This document shows, one piece after another, positions 11,117-25,007 of a DNA stretch of 64,000 nt. A program made the position numbers and the translations under genes. Where the stretch lies: the NCBI GenBank assembly GCA_050296215.1, contig JBNKRC010000001.1, positions 40 through 64,039 on the forward strand. Reading direction: 5' to 3'. Below the pieces are notes generated by a model that was not told where the DNA came from, made no database searches, and worked only from the letters and a program-made list of their open reading frames with translations. The DNA comes from Vibrio sp. (lineage in GTDB: Bacteria > Pseudomonadota > Gammaproteobacteria > Enterobacterales > Vibrionaceae). How positions within the stretch are numbered: the stretch's first letter is position 1; every line of letters starts with the position of its first letter.

Positions 11117-11121
11117 CAGGC

Positions 11122-11191
11122 AAAATAAAAGCCCCGTAACCAAGACTCTGGGTTCGGGGCCTCTTAGATTCTTCTAAGAAAAAGCAGTGGT
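11122..11191 (-). ncRNA. micV: MicV sigmaE-dependent sRNA
   Basis: 5' end ACCACTGCTTTTTC (RybB/MicV seed), then a hairpin and Rho-independent terminator (gccccgaacc...ggttacggggc-tttt). Lies between the DUF3624-like gene and argH, as in V. cholerae. Confidence 0.88.
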
Positions 11192-11196
11192 ACAGG

Positions 11197-11224
11197 TATA
11201 GACTCTGCTCTTTCTTATAAGTTC
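11197..11224 (-). promoter_or_regulatory. sigmaE (RpoE) promoter of micV
   Basis: Minus strand GAACTT-N16-TCTATA, 5 nt before the seed start. Confidence 0.88.
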
Positions 11225-11446
11225 AAAATAAATTGAGATCTTTTTGATCTTTTTTCCACCAAAAGATCAGCATTTTATTTTCAACAAGTTATAACAACTA
11301 CCTTAATAATCTGAACAAAATGAATTCGATTCCACAAACCGCTCAAGGTGTCCCTATATCGCTTTCCAAGGGCATCCTTGCCCTCGTTCGTTTGTTCCAT
11401 CGAACACATTTTTCTAGATCAACCATTTAATAGAATTGGTATTGCC

Positions 11447-13348
<1,902 letters not shown>

Positions 13349-13477
13349 CTATCGCGCCCAGGTCCTCACATTGCTTCTGTGCTGAAAATTATATACCCAA
13401 ACTGATTTAAGTTGCAGCCTGATGATCAGTAAACCGAGAACATCACTGCTGCAACATTAAGTACGATGGGAGAGTAC

Positions 13478-14698
13478 TTATTTTTTGCTTGCTGCGTTAA
13501 GAGCGCGAATACGGCTGGATAGCGAGTACAGACGGATAAAGCCGCCAGCGTGGCTTTGGTCGTATACTTCGTCTTCACCGAATGTCGCAAACTCTTCTGA
13601 GTACAAGCTGTTCTCAGAACGTTTCTGAATTGCAGTCGCATGACCTTTGTAAAGTTCGATAACCACTTCACCGTTAACGTCATTTGCCAGAGACTCAGCA
13701 GCCGCAAATACCGATTCGCGTAGCGGAGTGAACCAACGACCATCGTATACAAGATGAGAAGCTTTAATACCTAATTCTTCACGGAATTCGAAAGACGTTT
13801 TGTCCAGTACCAGTTGTTCAACTGCACGTAGCGCTTCCATCATGATAGTGCCCCCCGGAGTTTCATAACAACCACGAGACTTCATACCTACAAGACGGTT
13901 TTCTACGATATCGATACGGCCAACACCGTGTTTCACACCTTTCTCGTTCAGGTAAGTCAGCACTTCGTATGGAGACATAGCTTTACCGTCAACCGCTACT
14001 ACTGCGCCTTTTTCAATTTTCAGAGTAACTTTTTCTGCTTCATCCGGTGCTTTCTTAGGATCAACTGTCCAAGCCCAGCAATCATCGTTTGGCGCATTCC
14101 AGGTATCTTCCAGAACACCACCTTCAGTAGAGATGTGCCATGAGTTTGCATCACGAGAATAGATCTTAGTCAGTGAAGCTGCACAAGGGATGTTGCGCTC
14201 TGCCAGGTAATCAAGACACTGTTCGCGGCTTACAAGATCCCATTCACGCCATGGTGCGATTACGTGCAGGTCAGGAGCCAGCGCAGAGAATGCACCTTCG
14301 AAACGGATTTGGTCGTTACCTTTACCGGTACAACCGTGAGCCAGTGCATCAGCACCCACTTTACGTGCCACTTCAACCTGAGCTTTAGCGATAACAGGAC
14401 GAGCCATAGACGGACCCAACAGGTATTTACCTTCGTAGTAAGCGCCTGTTTTCAAAGTCGGATAGATATAATCTGCTACGAATTCATCTTTAAGGTCAAC
14501 AACGTGACACTCTGATGCACCAGAAGCAATTGCTTTTTCTTCGATACCAACAAGTTCGTGAGCGCCCTGACCGACATCAGCAACGAATGCCACTACTTCA
14601 CAACCATCATAGTTCTCTTTCAACCATGGGATGATTACTGACGTATCCAGACCGCCAGAGTATGCAACAACAACTTTTTTTACTTGTACTTTGCTCAT
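13478..14698 (-). CDS. argG: Argininosuccinate synthase
   Basis: [29 protein letters not shown]; start set at MSKVQ after a GGAG RBS. Confidence 0.97.
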   Translation of the reverse strand: MSKVQVKKVVVAYSGGLDTSVIIPWLKENYDGCEVVAFVADVGQGAHELVGIEEKAIASGASECHVVDLKDEFVADYIYPTLKTGAYYEGKYLLGPSMARPVIAKAQVEVARKVGADALAHGCTGKGNDQIRFEGAFSALAPDLHVIAPWREWDLVSREQCLDYLAERNIPCAASLTKIYSRDANSWHISTEGGVLEDTWNAPNDDCWAWTVDPKKAPDEAEKVTLKIEKGAVVAVDGKAMSPYEVLTYLNEKGVKHGVGRIDIVENRLVGMKSRGCYETPGGTIMMEALRAVEQLVLDKTSFEFREELGIKASHLVYDGRWFTPLRESVFAAAESLANDVNGEVVIELYKGHATAIQKRSENSLYSEEFATFGEDEVYDQSHAGGFIRLYSLSSRIRALNAASKK

Positions 14699-14827
14699 TT
14701 CTGTTTTCTCCAAATTCCCGGCTCTGCACATGGCGGTCAGTGCCAAGGGTTCATACTATCTGTAACAATAAGATGTCAGGTAAACTACCTGACAGCTTAG
14801 ATTCATTTACTAAACTACGCCTGTTTC

Positions 14828-15616
14828 TCAATCAACTTGAGGTAAAAAGCGGGTACCGATACTCTCACCGGCAAAGACCTGAGAGAGTAACTCAGGATTA
14901 CGCCATCCCGCTACCTCTATTGCACGTCCGAGATCGTTTGCAGCTTCTAAAGCCGCTTTAACTTTAACAATCATACCGTCGGTAATAACGCCATCCGCAA
15001 TCAGTTGTTCTGCGGTTGCCTGATCCAATGACTTAATCAGTTGCTTGTCAGCATCCAGTACACCGCTTACATCCGAAAGCAGAACCAGTTCCGCATCCAG
15101 TGTTTTTGCCACAGCCACTGCCGCATCGTCCGCATTAACGTTCATCAGTTGGCCCTGAGCAGTTAAACCGATCGAGCTGATGATTGGCGTACCACCTGCA
15201 ACCATAATCGCATTGACGACGGTAGCATCGCCGGCAGAGGCCCGGCCTACTGCACCCAGTTCAGGATCCAGCTCGACCACATCACACAATCCGGCATCGC
15301 CTAAACACAAGCCTACCGCCTTTAAACCACTCTTCAGCGCTTCACCCTGAAGCAGTTTATTAGCAGTACCGGCAAGCGCACCGGCAATATATGGAATCTG
15401 ATCGTAAGGGGTCACACGCAGGCCATTTTTCTTCACTGTCTCAAACTGAAGTTTATTCATCAGTTCATCAACAAGAAAACCGCCACCATGCACGACCACA
15501 ATCGGGCGCTGAGGCTGGTATTGCGCTACCGTTGCAAATAACTTAGCCAGCGTCTCTTCACTGGAAAGGACCGCACCGCCAAGTTTAACTACAACCGGAG
15601 TCTTTTGATTTGCCAT
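14828..15616 (-). CDS. argB: Acetylglutamate kinase
   Basis: VVKLGG, VHGGG, GLRVT, NVNAD, GMIVKV. Confidence 0.97.
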   Translation of the reverse strand: MANQKTPVVVKLGGAVLSSEETLAKLFATVAQYQPQRPIVVVHGGGFLVDELMNKLQFETVKKNGLRVTPYDQIPYIAGALAGTANKLLQGEALKSGLKAVGLCLGDAGLCDVVELDPELGAVGRASAGDATVVNAIMVAGGTPIISSIGLTAQGQLMNVNADDAAVAVAKTLDAELVLLSDVSGVLDADKQLIKSLDQATAEQLIADGVITDGMIVKVKAALEAANDLGRAIEVAGWRNPELLSQVFAGESIGTRFLPQVD

Positions 15617-15625
15617 ACAGTTTCC

Positions 15626-16630
15626 TTACACCAGAGCCGTCAGCTCTGGATATCCATAATGAATATTGAGACATTGCATCGCCTGACTGGATGCCCCTTT
15701 CAGCAGGTTATCAATCGCAGACACAACAATAACGTGCTGGCCTTTAACTTTCCAGCCGATATCGCAGAACGGAGTAAACTCTACATTCTGAATACGTGGT
15801 AATGCAGCCTGATCAATACGGACTGCAGGTTTATCCGCATAAGCCCGCTCGAATGCCTGAGCCACCGCGTCTGCCGATACGCCATCAGCCAGCTTCATTG
15901 TTATTGTTGCCAGAATACCGCGCTTAAAGTTACCAAGGTGCGGAGTAAAAATCACATCACAGCCTAAATGAGAGGCAATCTCTGGCTGGTGACGGTGAGT
16001 AAATATACCATAGGGCTGCAGGCTGACTTCACAGAAGCTATTGGTCATGGTCGCCTTACGGCCGGCACCGGATACACCACTGGTTGCATTGATAACAGGC
16101 CACTGGTTAAGGTCAAGCAGACCGGCTTCAACTAATGGTTTGATCGCAAGCTGAGAAGCCGTTGGATAGCAACCGGCTACCGCGACTAACTGAGCATCTT
16201 TTACTGCGTCCGCATTCCACTCAGCAAGGCCATAAGCCGCTTTCGTTAACCAATCACCATGCTGGTGTCCAAAACCATAAAATTCGGTATAAAACTCATC
16301 GCTGTTTACACGATATGCGCCTGACAGATCAAACACCTGACAGCCATTGGCGAGAAAGACCGGAGCAAGATCATGACTCACTTCATGCGCAGTACATAAG
16401 AACACCACGTCACAATCTTTCGCCGCCTGTTCAGGATCAACCAGAGGCTGAACCTCCATATCAACCACACCGGCAAGTTTGCCATGCAGTTGTGCAATGG
16501 TTTTACCTGCGTCTACACTGTTGGCTGAAACGTATAAACCTGATAGCGTTAGCTCTGGGTGCTTCTGCACCATGTAGGCAAGCTCTGCGCCTGTATAACC
16601 GCTGGCGCCGATGATGGTCGTTTTTAGCAT
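15626..16630 (-). CDS. argC: N-acetyl-gamma-glutamyl-phosphate reductase
   Basis: [32 protein letters not shown]. Confidence 0.97.
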   Translation of the reverse strand: MLKTTIIGASGYTGAELAYMVQKHPELTLSGLYVSANSVDAGKTIAQLHGKLAGVVDMEVQPLVDPEQAAKDCDVVFLCTAHEVSHDLAPVFLANGCQVFDLSGAYRVNSDEFYTEFYGFGHQHGDWLTKAAYGLAEWNADAVKDAQLVAVAGCYPTASQLAIKPLVEAGLLDLNQWPVINATSGVSGAGRKATMTNSFCEVSLQPYGIFTHRHQPEIASHLGCDVIFTPHLGNFKRGILATITMKLADGVSADAVAQAFERAYADKPAVRIDQAALPRIQNVEFTPFCDIGWKVKGQHVIVVSAIDNLLKGASSQAMQCLNIHYGYPELTALV

Positions 16631-16701
16631 GTTGTGTTACCCGGATGAGTCGTTAAAAACCTAAGACAAAACTGATTATAAATTTTACAAAGTCAGCTGA
16701 A

Positions 16702-16740
16702 TTTGGTTTTTTATTCAGTAAAAGTGATTTAATATGTCTT
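16702..16740. promoter_or_regulatory. Tandem ARG boxes (ArgR operator)
   Basis: Two imperfect 18-bp boxes, ttTGGTTttttATTCAgt and agTGATTtaatATGTCtt, 3 bp apart, between divergent argC and argE. Confidence 0.6.
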
Positions 16741-16785
16741 TTACCTTCTCAGCATTACTCTGTCAATAGTAGGAGCCAAGATTCT

Positions 16786-17922
16786 ATGTATTTACCCGAT
16801 TTCCGAGAGGTTTATGAAGGACTGATTTCATCCTCATCAATTAGCTCAACCGACCCGGCCTGGGATCAAGGTAATGAAAAAGTTATTGAAAAACTTTCGG
16901 ACTGGTTTATCTCGCTTGGCTTTGAAGTCGATATCACCACCATCGCTCCGGGAAAACACAACCTGATTGCAAAAAAAGGCTCCGGAGAAGGTGGTCTGTT
17001 ATTATCGGGTCACAGTGATACCGTACCTTTTGATGAAGGCCGATGGAACTTTAACCCCTTGGCACTAACGGAAGCAGATAATCGCTTCTATGGTTTGGGT
17101 ACAGCAGATATGAAAGGTTTCTTTGCCTTTATTATTGAAGCTGTTAAAAAAGTCGACTGGGTAAATCAGAAGAAACCGCTGTACGTTCTGGCGACCTGTG
17201 ATGAAGAGACCACCATGCTGGGTGCCCGCCATTTCTCTGCAGAAACACCAATCAAGCCCGATTACTGTATTATTGGTGAACCAACCAGCCTGACTCCGGT
17301 CTATGCTCATAAAGGCCATATGGCCAACGCCATCCGCGTAACCGGCAAATCCGGTCACTCTTCCAATCCGGCATTAGGTGTCAATGCGATTGAGATCATG
17401 TATGAAGTTCTCTACGCCATGATGCAATTACGCGACCGGCTGATAAAACAGTTTCGGCACCCGGGCTTTGAACTGCCGTCACCTACCCTGAATCTGGGGC
17501 ACATACATGGCGGCGACAGCCCGAACCGCATATGTGGCTGCTGTGAATTGCATTACGATGTGCGCCCTCTTCCCGGCATGAGCTTAGAAAGTCTGGATGA
17601 TTTACTGCGTGATGCACTAAAAGAAGTATCCGCAAAATGGCCGGGACGTATTGATATATCACCGCTGCATGATGCAATTCCCGGATATGAGTGCCCTCAT
17701 GATCACCATTTTGTCAGGGAGATAAGCACCCTGTGTGATAAACCGGCAGAAACGGTCGGCTACTGTACGGAAGCGCCATTTTTGCAAGATGTCTGCCCGA
17801 CATTAGTAATGGGACCGGGCTCAATCGATCAGGCTCATCAGCCGGATGAATTTCTGGCATTTGAGTTTATTGATCCAACAATCAATGTGTTAGCGAAAGC
17901 TATTCACAAGTATTGTTTTTAA
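16786..17922 (+). CDS. argE: Acetylornithine deacetylase
   Basis: [24 protein letters not shown] and QAHQPDE M20 motifs. Confidence 0.96.
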   Translation: MYLPDFREVYEGLISSSSISSTDPAWDQGNEKVIEKLSDWFISLGFEVDITTIAPGKHNLIAKKGSGEGGLLLSGHSDTVPFDEGRWNFNPLALTEADNRFYGLGTADMKGFFAFIIEAVKKVDWVNQKKPLYVLATCDEETTMLGARHFSAETPIKPDYCIIGEPTSLTPVYAHKGHMANAIRVTGKSGHSSNPALGVNAIEIMYEVLYAMMQLRDRLIKQFRHPGFELPSPTLNLGHIHGGDSPNRICGCCELHYDVRPLPGMSLESLDDLLRDALKEVSAKWPGRIDISPLHDAIPGYECPHDHHFVREISTLCDKPAETVGYCTEAPFLQDVCPTLVMGPGSIDQAHQPDEFLAFEFIDPTINVLAKAIHKYCF

Positions 17923-18138
17923 TCAAAGCTTCTTATACGGAACGTTATCCACTATAGATGGCAAATCGTAAGAAACTTTCAACAAATTTATTGATCTAGT
18001 CAGCGTCTATTTAATAGATTGATATGGATAATAAATAGAATATTGGCAAGCTTTAATTGACTTAGCGTGATACATTTCGCTAGATTGTTTAGCTAACAAA
18101 GAACATTGGATGTAATTTTATTTCAAGGCAGGACGACA

Positions 18139-20772
18139 ATGAATGAGAAATACGCTGCACTAAAAAGTAACGTAAGAATGCTTGGCAAATTGCTGGGGGA
18201 CACTATCGCAGATGCGGATGGTAGCGTTATTTTAGAAAAAGTGGAGACAATTCGACAACTATCAAAGTCTGCCCGCGATGGTAATCAGGCCGATCACCTC
18301 GCTTTGGTCGAAGAAATCAAGAATCTCCCCGACGACCAACTGACTCCTGTAGCTCGTGCGTTTAACCAGTTTTTAAACCTGACCAATATCGCCGAGCAAC
18401 ACCATACTATCTCTCGCTACAGCGACTCACAAATCTGTGAGCCGGATGCAATCAACGCTCTGTTTGAAAAACTAACCAAGAATAAGGTTAGCAAGCTTGA
18501 TGCTGCACAAGCGATTCGTGAACTGAATATCGAACTGGTACTGACGGCTCACCCGACTGAAATCACACGTCGCACGATGATCAATAAGTTGGTCAAGATC
18601 AATAAGTGTTTGTCAAAACTCGAGCAGTCTGAGCTGGCAAACAAAGATCGTGTTAAAACAGAACGTCGCCTTGAGCAGCTTATCGCTCAGTTCTGGCATT
18701 CAGATGTGATCCGTAAGCAACGTCCGACACCGATGGATGAAGCGAAATGGGGCTTTGCCGTTGTAGAAAACTCTTTATGGGAAGCCATTCCTGAATTTAT
18801 GCGTGATCTTAATGAACGCGTAAAAAATTATATCGGCGAAGATTTACCTATCGATGCCAACCCGGTTCATATCTCGTCCTGGATGGGGGGCGACCGCGAT
18901 GGTAACCCGTTTGTAACTCATAAAATTACCCGTGAAGTTCTGCTCCTTTCTCGCTGGAAAGCATCAGACCTTTACCTGCGTGACATCAATGAGCTTGTTA
19001 GCGAACTATCAATGACCAAGTGTAATGATACTGTTCGTGAACTGGCCGGTGATGATCAACACGAACCATATCGTGCAATCCTGAAGAAGCTACGCGCACT
19101 ATTAAACGATAATATCGAAATCTTAGACGCTAAGATTCATGGTCAGAATCTGCCAGTTAAAGCGCCTCTGCGTGATGCAAGCCAGCTTTGGGAACCGCTG
19201 TACGCCTGTTACCAGTCACTACATGAATGTGGAATGGGCTCAATTGCGGATGGTTCGCTACTGGATACTTTACGTCGTATCAAAGCTTTCGGTGTTCACC
19301 TTGTTCGTCTGGATATCCGTCAGGAAAGCACCCGTCACTCAGATGTACTATCTGAACTGACCCGTTATCTGGGTCTGGGCGACTACGATCAGTGGAGTGA
19401 GCAGGATAAAATCACCTTCCTGACTACTGAACTGAATTCTAAGCGTCCGCTATTCCCTCGTGACTGGGAGCCTTCAGAACAGGTTAAAGAAGTTATTGAT
19501 ACCTGTAAGACCATTGCCAATCACCCTCGTGATGCATTTGGTGCTTATGTTATCTCAATGGCCCGTACCGCATCCGATGTACTGGCGGTTCATTTGATTC
19601 TTCAGGAATCAGGCTGCCCTTACCGCATGGATGTTTGTCCATTGTTCGAAACACTGGAAGATTTGAACAATGCTGAAACCGTTATTCGTCAGCTGATGGA
19701 TATCGACCTTTACCGCGGTTTCATCCAGAACCACCAAATGGTCATGATCGGTTATTCAGACTCAGCAAAAGATGCCGGTGTAATGGCAGCAGGCTGGGCT
19801 CAGTACCGTGCAATGGAAGCTCTGGTTAATGTCAGTGAAGAAACCGGCGTTGACCTGACTCTGTTCCATGGTCGCGGTGGCACAATCGGTCGTGGTGGTG
19901 CTCCTGCACACGCCGCATTACTTTCTCAGCCACCTAAGAGTCTGAAAGGCGGCCTGCGTGTAACCGAACAGGGCGAAATGATCCGCTTCAAGCTTGGTCT
20001 TCCTGAAGTCGCAGTAAACAGCTTCAATATGTATGCCAGTGCGATACTGGAAGCGAACCTGCTTCCACCACCGGAACCAAAACAAGCATGGCGTGATCTG
20101 ATGGATGTGCTGTCTGAAGTCTCATGCGAAGCCTACCGTAAAGTGGTACGTGGCGAACCGGATTTTGTTCCTTACTTCCGTCAGGCTACACCTGAACTGG
20201 AATTAGGCAAATTACCGTTAGGTTCCCGTCCGTCAAAACGAAATCCGAACGGTGGCGTAGAAAGCTTACGTGCCATTCCTTGGATCTTCTCATGGAGCCA
20301 GAACCGTCTTGTACTGCCAGCATGGTTAGGTGCCGGTGAAGCAATCCAGTATTCTGTCGACAAAGGTCACCAGGCTCTGTTGGAAGAAATGTGCCGCGAA
20401 TGGCCATTCTTCTCTACCCGCTTAGGTATGCTGGAAATGGTCTACAGCAAAACTAACATAGAAATTTCTCGCCTGTACGATGAACGTCTGGTTGAAGAAC
20501 ATTTACGTCCGCTGGGCGAACGCCTGCGTACTCAGTTACTGAAAGATATCAAATCGGTACTGAACGTAGAAAATAACGAGAACCTGATGCAAAGCGATCC
20601 TTGGGGACAAGAATCGATTAATCTGCGTAATATTTATGTAGAACCACTGAATATGCTTCAGGCAGAGTTGTTATACCGTACCCGTCAATACGAAGAAGCG
20701 CCAAGTGAGCTTGAAGAAGCATTGATGGTTACTATTGCTGGTATTGCTGCAGGTATGCGTAACACTGGTTAA
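18139..20772 (+). CDS. ppc: Phosphoenolpyruvate carboxylase
   Basis: [35 protein letters not shown]-terminal GMRNTG. Confidence 0.98.
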   Translation: MNEKYAALKSNVRMLGKLLGDTIADADGSVILEKVETIRQLSKSARDGNQADHLALVEEIKNLPDDQLTPVARAFNQFLNLTNIAEQHHTISRYSDSQICEPDAINALFEKLTKNKVSKLDAAQAIRELNIELVLTAHPTEITRRTMINKLVKINKCLSKLEQSELANKDRVKTERRLEQLIAQFWHSDVIRKQRPTPMDEAKWGFAVVENSLWEAIPEFMRDLNERVKNYIGEDLPIDANPVHISSWMGGDRDGNPFVTHKITREVLLLSRWKASDLYLRDINELVSELSMTKCNDTVRELAGDDQHEPYRAILKKLRALLNDNIEILDAKIHGQNLPVKAPLRDASQLWEPLYACYQSLHECGMGSIADGSLLDTLRRIKAFGVHLVRLDIRQESTRHSDVLSELTRYLGLGDYDQWSEQDKITFLTTELNSKRPLFPRDWEPSEQVKEVIDTCKTIANHPRDAFGAYVISMARTASDVLAVHLILQESGCPYRMDVCPLFETLEDLNNAETVIRQLMDIDLYRGFIQNHQMVMIGYSDSAKDAGVMAAGWAQYRAMEALVNVSEETGVDLTLFHGRGGTIGRGGAPAHAALLSQPPKSLKGGLRVTEQGEMIRFKLGLPEVAVNSFNMYASAILEANLLPPPEPKQAWRDLMDVLSEVSCEAYRKVVRGEPDFVPYFRQATPELELGKLPLGSRPSKRNPNGGVESLRAIPWIFSWSQNRLVLPAWLGAGEAIQYSVDKGHQALLEEMCREWPFFSTRLGMLEMVYSKTNIEISRLYDERLVEEHLRPLGERLRTQLLKDIKSVLNVENNENLMQSDPWGQESINLRNIYVEPLNMLQAELLYRTRQYEEAPSELEEALMVTIAGIAAGMRNTG

Positions 20773-20797
20773 AATTTAATTTCAAAAATTTAGAAAT

Positions 20798-20820
20798 AGG
20801 CCGCATTTTGCGGCCTTTTA
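20798..20820 (+). terminator. ppc Rho-independent terminator
   Basis: aggccgca-tt-ttgcggcct-type stem followed by a T-tract. Confidence 0.75.
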
Positions 20821-20837
20821 TTTTGCGATCCATGCCC

Positions 20838-20859
20838 TATTGAGAATAATATCAGTTTT
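20838..20859. promoter_or_regulatory. LuxR/HapR-type operator at the aphA promoter
   Basis: TATTGAGAATAATATCAGTTTT resembles the HapR/LuxR dyad (TATTGA...TCA) described upstream of aphA; recalled, not aligned. Confidence 0.65.
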
Positions 20860-20980
20860 TTATTGGAAAACCATACCGTATTCTACTTTATGCTTATTAT
20901 TTAGATATACTACTGCACCTCTGCGATACCAACACTAATAAAAAGAGATCGTAGCGAGGTATGCATACGCATAACTACCT

Positions 20981-20988
20981 CTAGGTGA
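20981..20988 (+). promoter_or_regulatory. Qrr sRNA pairing site in the aphA 5' UTR
   Basis: CTAGGTGA is the reverse complement of the conserved Qrr core TCACCTAG, ~140 nt upstream of the aphA ATG. Confidence 0.55.
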
Positions 20989-21121
20989 TAAACGGCTTTA
21001 AAGGTGACAGGCGAACTCAATTTGAGTCGAACAGTTTGAATGCATTAATGATTGGATGCCACAGAAGCCCAACGCAATTTCAGACTGATTATATTTTTTA
21101 TTAACTATTTGGATCTACGAC

Positions 21122-21661
21122 ATGTCATTACCACACGTTATCCTTACCGTTTTAAGTACTCGGGATGCTACCGGTTACGATATTACTAAAGAGTTTTCGT
21201 CTAGCATCGGTTATTTTTGGAAAGCAAGTCACCAGCAAGTTTACCGCGAACTCAATAAAATGGGCGAGCAGGGCATGGTTACTTGTGTATTAGAACCACA
21301 AGAAGGCAAACCGGACCGTAAAGTCTATTCGATTACGGATTCGGGGCGTGATGCCCTGGCAGCCTGGTTTGATCAGCCTACCGCTCATCCGACAGTCCGT
21401 GATGAATTCAGCGCTAAACTGATGGCCTGCTCCGTCCAGGAAGCAGCACCCTATCGTAATCAGTTAGCGGAGTTGATTGAAGACTCTAAGAAACTGGTTA
21501 ATCATTACAAAGAAATTGAAGCGGCGTACTATGCCACTCCGGCTTCGTTAGATAATCATCAGCGTCTTGAACGTTTAACACTGCGTCGCAATATCCTTAT
21601 GCGCAGTGCGTGGGTTGAATGGGCAGAAGAAGTTCTGTCTGAGCTCAATGATATGGCTTAA
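21122..21661 (+). CDS. aphA: PadR-family quorum-sensing regulator AphA
   Basis: MSLPHVILTVLSTRDATGYDITKEF...ASHQQVYREL...GKPDRKVY, 179 aa, between ppc and cysE. Confidence 0.95.
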   Translation: MSLPHVILTVLSTRDATGYDITKEFSSSIGYFWKASHQQVYRELNKMGEQGMVTCVLEPQEGKPDRKVYSITDSGRDALAAWFDQPTAHPTVRDEFSAKLMACSVQEAAPYRNQLAELIEDSKKLVNHYKEIEAAYYATPASLDNHQRLERLTLRRNILMRSAWVEWAEEVLSELNDMA

Positions 21662-21685
21662 CCATCAATTCACAAATGTATAAAA

Positions 21686-21719
21686 AGGGTCAGAGTCAAT
21701 TAAAGTTGACTCTGACCCT
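21686..21719. terminator. Hairpin terminator between convergent aphA and cysE
   Basis: agggtcagagtcaa-ttaaag-ttgactctgaccct with an A-tract on the left. Confidence 0.7.
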
Positions 21720-21738
21720 GGTTGATCGAGTAATACAG

Positions 21739-22560
21739 TTAAATCCCGTCACCGCCAATAAAGGTTTGTGAACGGATATTAAACTGCTGATCCATATCCA
21801 GTGACGGTTTATCACTTTGCGGACGGCCGACAATTTTAGCCGGAACACCAGCCACGGTCGTGTGTGGCGGTACGGGCTGCAATACCACGGAGCAAGAGCC
21901 GATCTTCGCACCCTTACCCACTTCAATATTTCCTAAGACTTTCGCCCCGGCACCGATCATAACCCCTTCACGGATTTTAGGGTGACGATCCCCCGACTCT
22001 TTCCCGGTACCGCCAAGCGTCACATCCTGCAAGATAGAAACATCATCAGCGACAACGGCTGTCTCACCAATCACAATACCGGTTGCGTGGTCGAGCATAA
22101 TTCCGCATCCCACTTTTGCAGCAGGATGAATATCAACCTGGCAGGCCACTGAAATCTGGTTCTGCAGATACGTAGCCAGAGGCTTGCGCCCCTGCTTCCA
22201 TAACCAGTTCGCTACCCGGTATCCCTGTAAAGCATGAAATCCTTTCAGGTAGAGTAATGGAATAGAGTAATGACTTACCGCCGGGTCTCGGGTTACGGTT
22301 GCGCAGATATCACAGGCAGCGGAATCAATGATGGACGGATCAGCAGCAAATGCTTCTTCTACCACTTCCCGCACCGCCATTGCCGGCATGGATGCCGTCA
22401 TGAGTTTATTGGCTAAAATATAGCTCAGCGCCGCCCCCAGGCTGTCATGCTTAATAATCGTGGCATGGTAAAAACTGGCCAGCATAGGCTCTTGCTCAAC
22501 CAGTTTACGCGCTTCCTGTATGATGGTTTCCCATATGATCAGATTTTCGCAACACTTCAT
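21739..22560 (-). CDS. cysE: Serine O-acetyltransferase
   Basis: RDPA, KGFHALQGYR, DIHPAA, DHATG, TLGGTGKESGDRHP. Confidence 0.97.
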   Translation of the reverse strand: MKCCENLIIWETIIQEARKLVEQEPMLASFYHATIIKHDSLGAALSYILANKLMTASMPAMAVREVVEEAFAADPSIIDSAACDICATVTRDPAVSHYSIPLLYLKGFHALQGYRVANWLWKQGRKPLATYLQNQISVACQVDIHPAAKVGCGIMLDHATGIVIGETAVVADDVSILQDVTLGGTGKESGDRHPKIREGVMIGAGAKVLGNIEVGKGAKIGSCSVVLQPVPPHTTVAGVPAKIVGRPQSDKPSLDMDQQFNIRSQTFIGGDGI

Positions 22561-22634
22561 TTTTCTGACTGTTCTCCTCATAAATGAGTAAGACTTTCTC
22601 AATTTTTATATTCGATTTTAAGAATGAAGGGGAA

Positions 22635-23666
22635 TCATTCTGATTTTTTATCCCGGGCCAATAAATCCTGAGCGGCCAGTCTTGCGTCTTTACCTTGATA
22701 CAACACTTGATAGATTTGATCAACAATCGGCATTTCAACCTTCATGCGTTTCGCCAGCATCCACACTTCTTTGGTGTTACGGTAACCTTCGACAACCTGG
22801 CCGATCTCTTGCTGAGCCGTTTCAACACTTTTTCCCTGCCCCAGCGCCAGACCAAAACGGCGGTTACGCGACTGGTTATCGGTGCAGGTCAGTACCAGAT
22901 CCCCGAGTCCGGCCATTCCCATAAAGGTTTCGGCCTGTGCGCCCAGAGCCGCCCCCAGACGGGTCATCTCAGCCAGCCCGCGTGTGATTAACGCGGTTCT
23001 GGCATTCGCACCAAAACCGATACCATCCGACATTCCGGCACCGATGGCAATAACATTTTTTACCGCACCACCAAGCTGAATCCCGACAAAGTCATCATTG
23101 GCATAAACGCGGAATGTTTTACTGCAGTGAATTTTTTCCTGAAGATCAGTCAGAAATTGCTGATCAGGCGACGCGACCGCTATGGCAGTCGGCATCCCCA
23201 TCGCCAACTCTCTGGCAAAGGTCGGCCCGGAAAGCACGGCAAGCGAATATTGTTTTCCGAGCACATCGAATGCCACATCCTGAAGCAGACGTCCGGTTTC
23301 CGGTTCAAGTCCTTTGGTTGCCCAGCAGATACGACTGTCTTCACGCAGATGAGGCTTGATACTATTCAGCACAATGCCAAACACATGGCTTGGAACCACC
23401 ACCAACAGATCGCGGCACCCCTGTACTGCTTTATGGATATCCGATTCGACAATTAACGAATCCGGAAACTTCACATCGGGCAAAAACTCACGGTTTTCAC
23501 GGTCAGCTTCCAGCCTTGCCATATGCTCGGGTTCATGCCCCCACAGCACCACGTTTCCGCCATTTCTGGCTAATGAAATAGCTAAAGATGTCCCGTACGA
23601 TCCCGCTCCAATCACCGTCATTTCAATCGGTTGTGGATAAATGGAATTTGTTTGCTTTTCTACCAT
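22635..23666 (-). CDS. gpsA: NAD(P)H-dependent glycerol-3-phosphate dehydrogenase
   Basis: [31 protein letters not shown]. Confidence 0.97.
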   Translation of the reverse strand: MVEKQTNSIYPQPIEMTVIGAGSYGTSLAISLARNGGNVVLWGHEPEHMARLEADRENREFLPDVKFPDSLIVESDIHKAVQGCRDLLVVVPSHVFGIVLNSIKPHLREDSRICWATKGLEPETGRLLQDVAFDVLGKQYSLAVLSGPTFARELAMGMPTAIAVASPDQQFLTDLQEKIHCSKTFRVYANDDFVGIQLGGAVKNVIAIGAGMSDGIGFGANARTALITRGLAEMTRLGAALGAQAETFMGMAGLGDLVLTCTDNQSRNRRFGLALGQGKSVETAQQEIGQVVEGYRNTKEVWMLAKRMKVEMPIVDQIYQVLYQGKDARLAAQDLLARDKKSE

Positions 23667-23778
23667 GACTATGCCCAATTTAAACAGCGAATTCGGTTAA
23701 ACAAAAAATGCACGCAACATGAGTATAATCCTCATATGTTCGTGCATTTTTATTTATTCCCAAGCTTAAGTAATAATC

Positions 23779-24252
23779 TTATGCCTGAGGTTCTTCAGCT
23801 TTTTCTTGCGCCTGTTGTTGCAGATAATTCATAAACAACGCATCAAAATTAACCGGAGCCAGGTTCAACTGAGGGAAAGTACCTTTCACGACCAGACTTG
23901 AAATAGTTTCACGTGCATACGGGAAAAGAATATTCGGGCAGAATGCACCCAAACAATGAGCCAGCTGGCCCGCTTCCATTTTCTCTGCAGTGAAGATACC
24001 CGCCTGCTGAACTTCACATAAGAAAGCTGTTTCTTCAGCATTCGTTACGGTTACGGTTAAACGAAGAACAACTTCATACACCCCTTCACCGAGTTCACGG
24101 CTCTGAGTATCCAGATCCAGATTCACATTCGGATCCCACTCTTTCTGGAACATTACCGGTGAATTTGGCGCTTCGAAAGAAACATCTTTCAGATAGATGC
24201 GCTGAATGGTGAAGTTTTGTTGCGGCTCTTGTTGCTGTGCTGCGTCTGACAT
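23779..24252 (-). CDS. secB: Protein export chaperone SecB (housekeeping copy)
   Basis: [35 protein letters not shown]. Confidence 0.97.
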   Translation of the reverse strand: MSDAAQQQEPQQNFTIQRIYLKDVSFEAPNSPVMFQKEWDPNVNLDLDTQSRELGEGVYEVVLRLTVTVTNAEETAFLCEVQQAGIFTAEKMEAGQLAHCLGAFCPNILFPYARETISSLVVKGTFPQLNLAPVNFDALFMNYLQQQAQEKAEEPQA

Positions 24253-24434
24253 TTTTTAATCCTTAATTCTCTGTAAAATATTAAACTGCCGAACCAATCA
24301 GGAAAGGTTAAAACAAGTTGACGCCTTCCCCAAGTACGATAACTAAATGCACGGTTGTTATCACACTTAACCCAATCATCCGGGCAAAAAACCATCAGAT
24401 GAAGTTCATCAGTTTTGCTTATAGTAAGAAACGA

Positions 24435-24869
24435 TTACTTCTTTCCACGGACCAGAGGTAAATTGGCTTCATTCCATGCGGTAATGCCATTCGTAAGTAC
24501 ATTAACGTTTGCAAAACCGGCAGTAACTAAATCATTTGCTGTCGCCTGCGCGGTCTGCCCTGAACGGCATACAACAATAATAGGGTCAACTTTATGACTT
24601 TCAACGCCAGTCAGGTTTCCTGACTTAATATCAGATGGTAAAACATGGACTGAATCCGTGATATGGCCTTTTGCAAAATCATCTTTGCTTCGGATATCAA
24701 TGACTAAGCCATTTTCTTTATTGACCAGATTGGTTAGTTCTGCCACCGAAACAAATTTAAATTTCGCCGTTGCCGATTTAAAAAAGTTAAAAATCAGCAT
24801 GGCCAATATCGCAATCCACGCCAGGCACAAAAATGTATGTTCTTGAAAAAATTGAATATATTCTTGCAT
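24435..24869 (-). CDS. Rhodanese-like protein (YibN family)
   Basis: N-terminal TM, IDIR...GHI, VCRSG, W..ANLPL; upstream of secB. Confidence 0.9.
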   Translation of the reverse strand: MQEYIQFFQEHTFLCLAWIAILAMLIFNFFKSATAKFKFVSVAELTNLVNKENGLVIDIRSKDDFAKGHITDSVHVLPSDIKSGNLTGVESHKVDPIIVVCRSGQTAQATANDLVTAGFANVNVLTNGITAWNEANLPLVRGKK

Positions 24870-25007
24870 ATTTTTGCTCTTATCTTTGCTCGTGCAATGA
24901 GTGTACATAAATAAAAAACGAGTATAACGAGGTTAACCTCGTTACGCGAGTACTAACGATGCCCCTCTCTTACAGGATTGAGCCTGTTTCACACTTTCTT
25001 TTTCCGG

